A stretch of DNA of 64,000 nucleotides from contig JBDHHZ010000001.1 in the NCBI GenBank assembly GCA_039589115.1, positions 9,283-73,282 of the forward strand. Reading direction: 5' to 3'. A program made the position numbers and the translations under genes. The DNA comes from Gemmatimonadota bacterium. Its GTDB lineage: Bacteria; Gemmatimonadota; Gemmatimonadetes; Palauibacterales; KS3-K002. Shown here one piece after another: positions 48,616 through 61,688 of the stretch. Below the pieces are notes generated by a model. That model had not been told where the DNA came from and did not search any database. It saw only the letters and a program-made list of their open reading frames with translations. The number at the start of each line of letters is the position of its first letter. Position 1 is the first letter of the stretch.

Positions 48616-48626
48616 AGTACCGGCCC

Positions 48627-48995
48627 TCACTCCCCGAGCCGCCATGCGTTAGGCACGTGCTCGATGACCGGCTCCGCGCCCTTTCGGAATACTACGCCCA
48701 CCGCGTCGAAGCGAGGCTGAAGCCCCGGCTCGCCGTGGCGCTGCAACCAGTGCTGTGCGACGCGCTCGATCTCGCGTCGCTTCAGCGCGGTGATCGCCTC
48801 CAGGGGGTGACCGTAGCCCGAGCCCGCCCGCGCCTTCACCTCGACGAAGGCCACGAGGTCGCCGCGGCGGACGATGATGTCCACCTCGCGCCGGCCGAAC
48901 CGGTAGTTCCGCTCGATGACCTTGTAGCCGTGTTCTTCGAGGTAGCGAGCGGCTAGCCGCTCGCCGAGAATCCCGAGGTCGCGGGGCGCGCCCAC
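48627..48995 (-). CDS. yraN: YraN-family (UPF0102) predicted endonuclease
   Basis: GExLAxxYLxxxGY...RxGEVDIIxR...VEVK motifs. Confidence 0.8.
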   Translation of the reverse strand: MGAPRDLGILGERLAARYLEEHGYKVIERNYRFGRREVDIIVRRGDLVAFVEVKARAGSGYGHPLEAITALKRREIERVAQHWLQRHGEPGLQPRFDAVGVVFRKGAEPVIEHVPNAWRLGE

Positions 48996-48999
48996 CGGG

Positions 49000-50031
<1,032 letters not shown>

Positions 50032-50065
50032 AGCGCTATCAACTAAACCTCAAGTTCTGGTAATG

Positions 50066-50185
50066 ATGGGAGGTAGGAGCGCTAGTAGATCCCGGGGATC
50101 AACAGATCAGAGGATCAATCGATTCACGAGGTGATCCGGATGAGCCGTCAAATCCTACCTCGCAGTCTCCCTCGCTCAATTGCCA
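50066..50185. repeat. degenerate copy of the G-rich palindrome family seen at 25972..26148
   Basis: GGGAGGTAGGAGCGCTAGTAGA ... CCTACCTCGCAGTCTCCCTCGCTCAATTG; compare GGGAGGTAGGGAGCGCTAATTGAGTGAGGGAG...GGGAGACTGCGAG. Confidence 0.6.
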
Positions 50186-50192
50186 AGACCTC

Positions 50193-50276
50193 TGCACTTC
50201 CCCGAACCCCCGAACCCCCGAATCACCGAATCGCCTTCGAGAATTCCCAGCCAACTCCCCCGTCCCCAACTCCTAG
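50193..50276. repeat. ~100-bp intergenic repeat, copy 2, inverted relative to 35706..35800
   Basis: CCCCGAACCCCCGAACCCCCGAATCACCGAATCGCCTTCGAGAATTCCCAGCCAACTCCCCCGTCCCCAACTC is the reverse complement of GAGTTGGGGA...GGGAATTCTCGAAGGCGATTCGGTGATTCGGGGG. Confidence 0.75.
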
Positions 50277-50277
50277 T

Positions 50278-51036
50278 TCAGACTTCCAACTTGAGCCCGT
50301 CGTGGGCCAGGATAATCTCACCATTGTAACCGGCGCGGCGGATCAGTCCAGCCACGTCCATTCCCCGGAGCTGTGGGTAGACGTGCGTCACGGCGAGTCG
50401 TGGCACCTCGGCGGCGACCGCCAGGCGCGCCAGCCGCGCCGGCGACAGGTGGTTGTCCCCCACCAGCTCCTCAGGCAGCGAGCACTCGGCCAGCAAAAGA
50501 TCGACGCCGTTGAAGAACCCGGCCAGCTCCTCCGAGGGTCCCGTATCGCCGGTATAGCCCAGTGAGGCTCCAGCCGCCTCGAAGCGCAGGGCCAGGCTCT
50601 CTTCGGTGTGCGGCGTGCTGGCCACCCGCACGCTGGTGCCGCCCATCTCCTGCGGTCTATCCGGGGCCATCTCTCGGACGGTCACCTCGAAGCCGGGCTC
50701 GGTCAGCCAGGCACCCAGCGCGGCGGCCCAGGCGTCGAACAGCCGACGAGTCCCCTGCGGCCCCCAAACCGTCAGCGGAGCGGTCCGCGGGATCTCCAGA
50801 CCGTGTCTGATCGCGAAGATGAGCGACGGTATCTCGCCGATATGGTCGGTGTGGAAGTGGGAGATGACGAGGTGGTCGATCTCTCCCCACGGGAGGCCGG
50901 CCCGCGCCAGGCCCTGTAGCGCCCCGGCCCCGCAGTCAACGAGGAGGTGGGCGTCTCCCTGCTCGAGCCAATGGCAGGCCGATGCGCGATCCGGGTCGGG
51001 CACCACCGTGCCCGTCCCAACGGTGACGAGCCGCAT
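50278..51036 (-). CDS. MBL-fold metallo-hydrolase (RNase Z / beta-lactamase-like)
   Basis: HFHTDH motif. Confidence 0.75.
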   Translation of the reverse strand: MRLVTVGTGTVVPDPDRASACHWLEQGDAHLLVDCGAGALQGLARAGLPWGEIDHLVISHFHTDHIGEIPSLIFAIRHGLEIPRTAPLTVWGPQGTRRLFDAWAAALGAWLTEPGFEVTVREMAPDRPQEMGGTSVRVASTPHTEESLALRFEAAGASLGYTGDTGPSEELAGFFNGVDLLLAECSLPEELVGDNHLSPARLARLAVAAEVPRLAVTHVYPQLRGMDVAGLIRRAGYNGEIILAHDGLKLEV

Positions 51037-51042
51037 CGCCGG

Positions 51043-54524
<3,482 letters not shown>

Positions 54525-54528
<4 letters not shown>

Positions 54529-55427
54529 TTCAGCTGCAGTCCCACCCTTTCCACAAGTTCGACATCAAGTCCGGCACGCGCGATGTGCTCCTGAAGCGGG
54601 CTCGCGTCTTCCGGCTTCTCGTAGCCGCCGGCGTACACACGATAGGCGATGCTGTCGGCTTGGCCGACGGCCGGCACCATGTAGGCCGGCACGCCCCGGC
54701 CGAACAGCGTCTCGAGCACCACCCGGGCGTCTTCCGAGCTGGAATACGTGCCGAAGCTGAAGGCCAATCGTACCGGCCTCACGTCCCAACTCCTCACCGT
54801 GTCCTTGATCTCCTCGCGAACCAGCTGAGCCATGAGCGCCTCGGCCTGTTCCCGCCCCGGCAGCATGCCGGCAAAGACGCGGTAATAGACGACGCCTCGC
54901 ACCACCGTCGGCGCAACGTAGAACGGCAAGTCGGCCCGGGTCCACTCTCGCTGGCGCGCCACAGCGTCGTCCATCGAACTGAAGGACGCAATAGCCACCG
55001 AATATGGCAGGCTCACCTCGCTGAGGCGAGGCCCCGGCGCCGCCGGCTCGTCCAGCGGACCATTCGTTGGCTGGTCCACCGGTTCGTTCGCGGTCGGAGT
55101 CTCCGCGGGGACGGCCACGGTTTCCGCGGCCGCCTCCAGCGACGTGGGATCCTCGGAAATCTGTCGGCTGCCCACCGTCCGCCACAAGACGAAGACGAGG
55201 GCGGCAGCAGCCGCCACGCCTGCCACGGGAATCACGCGCCGGCGTCTGCGCGGCCGGAACAGAGGCCCCGGAGGGGTCGTGGGCCCATCGGAGAAAGCCC
55301 CCAGCGGCGCCCGATCCGGCGTAGGAGGCGTTCGCATGGGGGCGTCGTCGGGGGTTACGGATCCAGCCGCCGGACTTGGACTCTCCTCCACTCTCGGCCC
55401 CGGGTCGCTGATCGGCCTCTTGACCAT
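54525..55427 (-). CDS. SPOR-domain protein: transmembrane anchor plus Pro-rich linker plus two SPOR repeats
   Basis: C-terminal SPOR-like repeats (YSVAIASFSSMDDAVARQ...; AYRVYAGGYEKPEDA...). The stop overlaps the smc start. The start is uncertain (candidate ATGs at 55427 and 55337); the first ~50 aa of the long ORF are arginine-rich and not protein-like. Confidence 0.55.
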
Positions 55428-56020
55428 GCCCGGTATCGGCTGCGTGTCGTCGGATGACGCGTACCACGGCAGTTCCACCGATCCGGGCTGCGGGCCTCGG
55501 CGGGCAACTCGACCTCGAGCCCTGCCGCGTTCAGCACGATGCAGGACTCGAAGCCCGGGATCGGGCCCGCCTCCAGCCAATCCTGCGCCGACACACAGGG
55601 CAAGAGACGCGCGTCGTTGTCGGGAAGTCTGGCGGCGATCTTCTTCCAGCGCGGGTGCTGATAGAGGACGTTGATCGGAGGCGACGAGCTGCCCACCGCC
55701 AGGAAGTAGAAGGTCTCCGAGTCGGGTTTGCGCGCCACGGCGGAGAAGGCGGCATCGCGGTACAGAACATCGACGATGCCCGGGCCTTCATCGATCCCCA
55801 GGGCAGCAGCGAGAGCGGATGGGGCTCTCATCTGCAGGTCGGCCAGCACTACTTTCGGATGTTGCTTTGCCAGCTTGCGGACGATCTCGATCGCGGTGCT
55901 AACCGCCCAGCGCCGCTGGCGCGGCGTCTCCGCCGCTAGCACGAGCGTCGCGGCATGCGGCCATAGTGCGTCAGTCCTCGGCGCCGAAGTATCCACGTTC
56001 ACCACCTCCCAATTTCCCAA
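55355..56020 (-). CDS. hypothetical protein with a ParA/MinD-like fold but a degenerate Walker A; the C-terminal ~45 aa look out-of-frame
   Basis: ATLVLAAETPRQRRWAVSTAIEIVRKLAKQHPKVVLADLQMRAPSALAAALGID parallels ParA KIIAVANQKGGVGKTT..NLAAALAQRGKRVLLVDLDPQGN..GLGID, but the KGGxGK[ST] motif is missing. The C-terminal tail is arginine-rich and overlaps the next ORF. Confidence 0.4.
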   Translation of the reverse strand: MGNWEVVNVDTSAPRTDALWPHAATLVLAAETPRQRRWAVSTAIEIVRKLAKQHPKVVLADLQMRAPSALAAALGIDEGPGIVDVLYRDAAFSAVARKPDSETFYFLAVGSSSPPINVLYQHPRWKKIAARLPDNDARLLPCVSAQDWLEAGPIPGFESCIVLNAAGLEVELPAEARSPDRWNCRGTRHPTTRSRYRAWSRGRSATRGREWRRVQVRRLDP

Positions 56021-56056
56021 ACGGCGTACCGCTTCCTGTCCCGTCCTGACGCCTCG

Positions 56057-57607
56057 TCAGGCTCCGCCGGGCCCCTCTCCCTCTTCTCCTGGCGATTCCG
56101 CAGCTGCACTATCCTCGACCTCGGACTCGGCGATGGAGAGGATCCACGGCTTGTAGCCGTATCGGGCGCTCAGCGAACGCGCCGATTCCTCACCCCGCAC
56201 GCGGTCCGGATACGGGCCGACCATGGCCCGGAACCAGGTGACGCCCATCACGTCGACGTGCCGGTCCACGGTCCCAGGATAGCCTACGCTGCGCAGCCAC
56301 CTCACCAGGTTGTCTACACCGGCCCGCTCACGCGCCGCTAGCACCACTGCGTAGTAGCCCGGTTGCGCACTAGTATCGGCCTCGGCCGACCCGAGGTCCT
56401 CGTCCGCTTCCCGCGACGCGCCGGATGCCGCCGACCCCTCCTCCGAACGATGGACCGAGCGCTGGGCCAGCTCGAGACGCGGCCGTGGCGGCTGCCACTC
56501 CACCGCCAGCCACAGCCGCCGATCCTCCGCCTCGACCCGCGAGACCTCGACTAGCCGGGACACGTCGTAGAGGACCAGATCCCCACCGTCAGCGACTATC
56601 AGCCGGCCGCCCGGCAGGGCGGCTGGCAGGTTGTCGCTCCACCCCGCATCGATGACACCCATGATCGAGTCCACACCGACGCCCAGAACGACGACTCGAT
56701 CCTCGCCATCCAACCGCGCCAGCAGGTAGGCCCCGCTCAGGCTGAAGCGCAGCGACGTTGCTACGCCCGGCAGCGCTACGCTGCGCACTCGCTCACCCCT
56801 GAGACGGTCGAACACATGCAGGCTATCACCCACCGCGACATAGATCCGGTGTCCCGACGGCGTGACCGCAACCGACCGGCCGGGCTCGGGCAACGGGAGA
56901 TCCTCCGCGTCCTCGAGGCCGGGCAAAGTGAGGCCGTGAAGAGCCAGGTCGGCCTCGTCGCCCGACAGATAGTACAGCCGCTCGCCCCATGCCGTTATCG
57001 CCAGGTCTCGTACGCCGCCGACGTCCCGTCGGCCGAGGGGCTCTTCCCGCGGCGGCTCCAGGACCAGCAGTTCGCTCCCGGAACCTGCGTCGACGACTGC
57101 GACGACGCGTCCGTCATCGGCCGCAACAAGTCGCATCAGGCGGCCACCGAGCTCGAAGTGCCAGGGCTCGGCCTCGGCCACCAGCTCTACCGCTCCCTCA
57201 CCTGCGCCGACCACCAGCCCGCTGGCATCCTCCAGAGCGACAGCGATATCCGTCGTCTCGTAGTCCTCGAAGCTCAGGAGGTGGCCTGTCGCATAGTCAT
57301 AACGCCCGATCCGCGAGTCGCTGAACTGCAGCCATACCGCATCCTCTCCCCGCCAGGCCTGCGAGATGCTCTCCAGGTCGGGTGGCGCCCAGGTCGGCGA
57401 CTCCAGCGTCTCGGCACTCCGATAGGCCAGCGGCCCACCGCTCGGCGGGAACCCGAGCAGGCCCCAGCCCTCGGCGCTTCCCAGCCAGGCGTAGCCCTCC
57501 AGCAACACTACCGGGCCGCGTTCCGACTCCTGGGAGCCGCAGGACGCCATCGCCGGCAGTGTACAGGCCAGTCCGATGAGGAATGCCGTGCGTTTCGACA
57601 GATGCAA
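56057..57607 (-). CDS. lipoprotein with a repetitive (beta-propeller-like) middle and a C-terminal SPOR domain
   Basis: TTG start; signal peptide and lipobox (LACTLPAMASCGS); C-terminal SPOR-like segment YYAVVLAARERAGVDNLVRWLRSVGYPGTVDRHVDVMGVTWFRAMVGPY. Confidence 0.6.
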   Translation of the reverse strand: MHLSKRTAFLIGLACTLPAMASCGSQESERGPVVLLEGYAWLGSAEGWGLLGFPPSGGPLAYRSAETLESPTWAPPDLESISQAWRGEDAVWLQFSDSRIGRYDYATGHLLSFEDYETTDIAVALEDASGLVVGAGEGAVELVAEAEPWHFELGGRLMRLVAADDGRVVAVVDAGSGSELLVLEPPREEPLGRRDVGGVRDLAITAWGERLYYLSGDEADLALHGLTLPGLEDAEDLPLPEPGRSVAVTPSGHRIYVAVGDSLHVFDRLRGERVRSVALPGVATSLRFSLSGAYLLARLDGEDRVVVLGVGVDSIMGVIDAGWSDNLPAALPGGRLIVADGGDLVLYDVSRLVEVSRVEAEDRRLWLAVEWQPPRPRLELAQRSVHRSEEGSAASGASREADEDLGSAEADTSAQPGYYAVVLAARERAGVDNLVRWLRSVGYPGTVDRHVDVMGVTWFRAMVGPYPDRVRGEESARSLSARYGYKPWILSIAESEVEDSAAAESPGEEGEGPGGA

Positions 57608-57675
57608 CTTAGACCGGTATCCGCTGTCTACGGATCGTGATCGGGAGGCTGGAGTGCCGTGGCATAGTGAAAAAT

Positions 57676-57790
57676 GGCGGTACTGTGGCGGTCTGGCAAG
57701 GCTGTCGGTGGCCAGTGGCCGGTGGCCGGTGGCCAGTTGGCTATTCGGGATTACCGGCTACCGGCCACCCGGCTACCGGCTACCAGCTGC
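57676..57790. repeat. intergenic palindrome from tandem heptamers (GGTGGCC / GCCRGTG)n and (TACCGGC)n
   Basis: GGTGGCCAGTGGCCGGTGGCCGGTGGCCAGTTGGC tattcgggat TACCGGCTACCGGCCACCCGGCTACCGGCTACCAGC. The arms are complementary only if G-T(U) wobble pairs are allowed on the plus strand. Confidence 0.75.
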
Positions 57791-57793
57791 CCG

Positions 57794-60700
57794 TCAGAAC
57801 GTCGGCCCAAAGGACACCGACCAGATGCCGCGCTTCTTGCCGGGGCGATCGAGGGGCAAGGTCCAGTCGAAGCGGAACACGTTGTAGAAGATGTTGATCC
57901 TGAGGCCCGCCCCGAACGCTGACAGCGGCGCCCGCACGTCGACTGGATCGACGCCGGGCGGTCGCGACCAGATCAGCTGGTCGAACGAGTTGAACGCCAC
58001 GCCGATGTCGTAGAAGAGAACTCCGTGTATGGGCGGCAGGCCCAGCGGCACGAATCCGAAGTCCAGGTAATTGAAGATGGGGAAGCGGAACTCGCCGCTG
58101 GCGAATGCGATGCTGCTGCCGATCAACTGGTCACGCACAGGGCAGAGCGTCGTGACCAGCTCGGCCACTTCGGCCACCGATTGGGCACACTCGGCGGCTG
58201 TGAACGAGCCCCCGTCGTAGCCTCTGAGGTAGTAGGGGCCGCCCCAATAGAGGCGGAACTGGTGCTCGCCCGGTCCCGACCGTGAATAGCTTGTCAGGCG
58301 TGTGGCGAAGGTGAACTGCCCGCCGAAGTTGAAGTAGTTTCGGAAATCGACGGTGATGTCGTTGATCTCGACGTCCCCGAAGTAGCGCCCGATCCCTACC
58401 CGGTAGCGACGGCCCGAAATGGGACCCGTGAATCCGTACAGCGAGTTGTCGAAGACTATCGCGACCGACGGACCTGCAAACACCAGATTCTCCAGCCGCA
58501 GCGTCGTGCGGTCGCTCGTACCCACCTCTCGTGTCGCGATCCTGTCCACGATGCTGTCCCGGCTGATGTAGACGCCGACAGCGGACAGCTCGATTCGTTG
58601 GAACTCGTTGAACGGGTAATGAATGTCCGTGCTCAGCGTCCTGTAGACGTCACGAATGAACCTGTCCTCGTAGAACAGTTGGTCCGTTGCGTCTAGCGAT
58701 GGGATTGTCCCCCGGAAACGGTAGAGTGGGAACTGCTGGTAGGCCATCGATACGTTGGCGCGCTCACGCATGTACGCATACTGGGTCAGGATGTAGGCAT
58801 CTTCGAACGACCCTGCGATCTGGCCCCAGAGCAACAGGTTGTGATCACCGAGGATGTCCGACATCAGGATATAGGACCCACCGTAGACGCCGCTGCCGAA
58901 GTGGCTACCTACCTGCGCACCTATTACAGGCTGGCCGATGACATCCGGCGTGAGCTTCAACTCGTAGTCGCGTTTCTCGAACTGAGCGGTATCGGGCAGC
59001 CCGCGCTGGGCGTCGGCCAGCAGCTCCGCCACCGTCAGTTCGCGCCGCGTTACGACTTCCTCGGCCGCCGGCTTCGCCGCCGACGGACGGAAGCCGCCGT
59101 CGATCCTGTAGTAAGACTGACTGCGTGCACCTGAGGCCAGGTACTGCGGCTTCTGACCTTCGCCGTCAGACACGATCTCGCTACCGTCCTCACCGTCCTC
59201 GACTTCGGCCTCAACCACCAAGACGGGCTCGGGTGGCATCTCTACGGGCCAGGCCACGGCCCGCGGGTCATCGATCACATAGATGTTGTAGCCGGCCCCC
59301 TCGAAGTAAGTGAGGGCGAGACGGTCGGCCTGGGTGGCCCACGAGATTGCCGGGCTGAGCGGCACGATCCCGGTTACCCCCGACAGGAAGTCGGTCACCT
59401 GATAGAGCCGATCCTCCGGTAGCGAATAAATGAAGACGTTGTTGACGCCGCTGCGATCGGAGACGAAGGCGATCGCGTCGCCATCCGGGGACCAGGCCGG
59501 ATTGATGTTCTTGCTCTCTCCCTGGTAGGGCAGGATCTCCACATCGCGCCGGCCCACGTTGTAGAGGGCGATACGGAAATTGCCGAAGACCAGCTCCTCG
59601 AAATCGGTGTCCGCCCCGCGATCGGTGGCCAACGCGATGTAGCGGCCGTCCGGCGACCAGGCGGGATGGAGGTCGGCATACTTGTCGTTCGTCAGCTGTT
59701 GCAGGCGACCGCCGTCCACATCGATGACGTACAGATCGCTTAAGCCGCCTTTCAGTCCGGTGAAGGCAATGCGCATCCCGTCCGGCGAGAAGGTCGGGTT
59801 CTGGATGCCGTCGAGCTCGACGACGACCTTGCGGGCGACCCGGCGCTTCGCGACCTCATAGACGTAGAGCGCGTCGCGGCCGCCAACCTGCGCCACGAAA
59901 GTCAGGTAGCGGCCGTCGTTGGACCAGGCGGCAGACGAATTGATGAAGCGCAACGACTTGAAGTCGGGCGAGCGCGCGGCCTCGATCAGCCGCGTTATGA
60001 CCTTTCCGTCTTCCGCCGACGCCAGCCAGAGGTCGAAGAACGAGTACAGCCGGTTCCCTCGATCGGAGAGGTAGACGATCTGCCGGCCGTCCGGCGCCAG
60101 CGCCGGCGCCAGGTAGGAGGCGAACTCACCTGTCCCCGGCCTGAACGAGTGACGCGTAAGCCTGCTGCCCGTCTCATCGGCGCCGGCGAACCTGGCGACT
60201 TCCGGCAGGTAAGCCGTCCGTACCGTCTCGATCCAGTCGTCGGACAGCTCCTGAACGGTCACACCCAGCGTGATCTGTACCGCGCCCTCGAGTCCGAGTC
60301 GCATCGCCCGCTGCAGCAGCAGACCGATCTTCTGGTCGCCGTATTTGGCGCCTATGAACGACCAGAGCGACTGCCCGAACCGGTAAGACAAGTAGTCGTT
60401 GTAAAGCGACATCTCCTCTATGGTCCGCAGATAGCCCGACAGCACGGCATCGCGTAGCCACGCATGCGTGTGCGTGTCGAGCCTACCGATGGCCAGGTAC
60501 TCGGCCATCCCCTCCACGAACCAGAGCGGCGGAACGTACTCGAGCGGGTTGAGCTGGCCCGTCAGGCCACGCGCGATGACGTCGTACTGAAAGGCGTGCA
60601 CCAACTCGTGCGTCAGTACGTGCTCGAAGTCGGCGTAGGAACCTGTGAACGGCAGGATGACCCGGCGCTTCGCGAACTCCGTGACGCCGCCCGTCCCCTC

Positions 60701-61054
60701 GGAGATGAAGCCCTGGAGTGCGTTCGTCTGCTGGAACTCGCTGTGTGAGGCGTAGAGGATGATCGGCTTCCGGTCATCGAACTCGTGTCCGAGGATGCGA
60801 CTCAGCCGGTTGTAGGAGCGCTCGGCCATCCGCGCGGCATCGAGCGCAGCTTCACGCTCACTCGTGTAGTAGTAGATGTCGAAGTGGGCCGTGCGCAGGA
60901 TTTGGAAATCGAAGACCTGGTGCTGAAGCTTGTTGCGGCCGAACTGAGCCTGCAGCGGCTCGGCGGTCGCGACCGGCAGCAGGACGAGGAACCACGCTAG
61001 CCGCCATGCCAATCTGAGCGGCGGGACAGCGAAGCTCTTCGCACGCTGCATCAT
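57794..61054 (-). CDS. large outer-membrane protein: signal peptide, HExxH metallopeptidase-like domain, TolB/PD40 beta-propeller repeats, Omp85-like C-terminus ending in Phe
   Basis: Signal peptide ...LLPVATAEPLQAQ; HELVHAFQYD zinc-metallopeptidase-like motif; PD40 repeats (SPDGRYIALATDRGAD, WSPDGDAIAFVSDRSGVNNVFIYSL, LAPDGRQIVYLSDRGNRLY); C-terminus ...FYNVFRFDWTLPLDRPGKKRGIWSVSFGPTF. Confidence 0.75.
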   Translation of the reverse strand: MMQRAKSFAVPPLRLAWRLAWFLVLLPVATAEPLQAQFGRNKLQHQVFDFQILRTAHFDIYYYTSEREAALDAARMAERSYNRLSRILGHEFDDRKPIILYASHSEFQQTNALQGFISEGTGGVTEFAKRRVILPFTGSYADFEHVLTHELVHAFQYDVIARGLTGQLNPLEYVPPLWFVEGMAEYLAIGRLDTHTHAWLRDAVLSGYLRTIEEMSLYNDYLSYRFGQSLWSFIGAKYGDQKIGLLLQRAMRLGLEGAVQITLGVTVQELSDDWIETVRTAYLPEVARFAGADETGSRLTRHSFRPGTGEFASYLAPALAPDGRQIVYLSDRGNRLYSFFDLWLASAEDGKVITRLIEAARSPDFKSLRFINSSAAWSNDGRYLTFVAQVGGRDALYVYEVAKRRVARKVVVELDGIQNPTFSPDGMRIAFTGLKGGLSDLYVIDVDGGRLQQLTNDKYADLHPAWSPDGRYIALATDRGADTDFEELVFGNFRIALYNVGRRDVEILPYQGESKNINPAWSPDGDAIAFVSDRSGVNNVFIYSLPEDRLYQVTDFLSGVTGIVPLSPAISWATQADRLALTYFEGAGYNIYVIDDPRAVAWPVEMPPEPVLVVEAEVEDGEDGSEIVSDGEGQKPQYLASGARSQSYYRIDGGFRPSAAKPAAEEVVTRRELTVAELLADAQRGLPDTAQFEKRDYELKLTPDVIGQPVIGAQVGSHFGSGVYGGSYILMSDILGDHNLLLWGQIAGSFEDAYILTQYAYMRERANVSMAYQQFPLYRFRGTIPSLDATDQLFYEDRFIRDVYRTLSTDIHYPFNEFQRIELSAVGVYISRDSIVDRIATREVGTSDRTTLRLENLVFAGPSVAIVFDNSLYGFTGPISGRRYRVGIGRYFGDVEINDITVDFRNYFNFGGQFTFATRLTSYSRSGPGEHQFRLYWGGPYYLRGYDGGSFTAAECAQSVAEVAELVTTLCPVRDQLIGSSIAFASGEFRFPIFNYLDFGFVPLGLPPIHGVLFYDIGVAFNSFDQLIWSRPPGVDPVDVRAPLSAFGAGLRINIFYNVFRFDWTLPLDRPGKKRGIWSVSFGPTF

Positions 61055-61452
61055 GTCGGTTCGGGCTCCTCGATGAGCATCGTCGGCGCGTCGCCCCAGA
61101 GCCGCTCCAGTTGGTAGAACTCGCGCACGACGGGGTGAAATACGTGCAAGACGAGGTCGATGTAATCTACCAGTACCCAGCGGGCGGCTCGCTCACCCTC
61201 CACACCAGACGAACGTACACCATCGCGGGCCAATCCTTCCACCACGTGTTCGGCCACGGCGCGGACATGCACTTCGGAGTCGCCGGAGGCTATGAGGAAG
61301 AAATCGGTTGCGTCGGATATCCCGCGCAGGTCGAGAACGACTAGCTCGCGCGCGTTGCGCTCCTGGCAGAGCTCTACGGCGCGCTGGACCGTCGGTGGGA
61401 GATCGGCCGGGCGCGGCACGGCACCGGAGAACGCGAACTCGGGTTTGGACAT
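61051..61452 (-). CDS. rsfS: ribosome silencing factor RsfS (Iojap-like)
   Basis: ATG at 61452 (MSKPEFAFSGAV...); core VVLDLRGISDATDFFLIASGDS...LVDYIDLVLHVFHPVVREFYQLERLW. Confidence 0.85.
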   Translation of the reverse strand: MSKPEFAFSGAVPRPADLPPTVQRAVELCQERNARELVVLDLRGISDATDFFLIASGDSEVHVRAVAEHVVEGLARDGVRSSGVEGERAARWVLVDYIDLVLHVFHPVVREFYQLERLWGDAPTMLIEEPEPT

Positions 61453-61504
61453 ATACGGCCTTAGCGAGCTCCTCACAAGCTGAACATGTTGCTCTTTCAA
61501 CACT

Positions 61505-61655
61505 CAATATCCGACACTCAGCAACCACTGATCAAATAGATCCTCAAGGGTCAAGGGCCAAGGAACAATGACCGATGATCACAGCCAATGATCATTGGTC
61601 ATCGGACATCGGACCTTGTCACTTGGGCTTTTCCTTGGCAACTGGTTATCGAGTG
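61505..61655. promoter_or_regulatory. AT-richer intergenic region with nested inverted repeats (operator-like), upstream of rsfS
   Basis: Perfect 15-bp inverted repeat CAATATCCGACACTC (61505..61519) / GAGTGTCGGATATTG (61641..61655). Inside: CCGATGATCA ... CCAATGATCATTGG ... TGGTCATCGG. GC is well below the window average. Confidence 0.5.
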
Positions 61656-61688
61656 TCGGATATTGATTACTGGTTCTGTCCTCTCATG

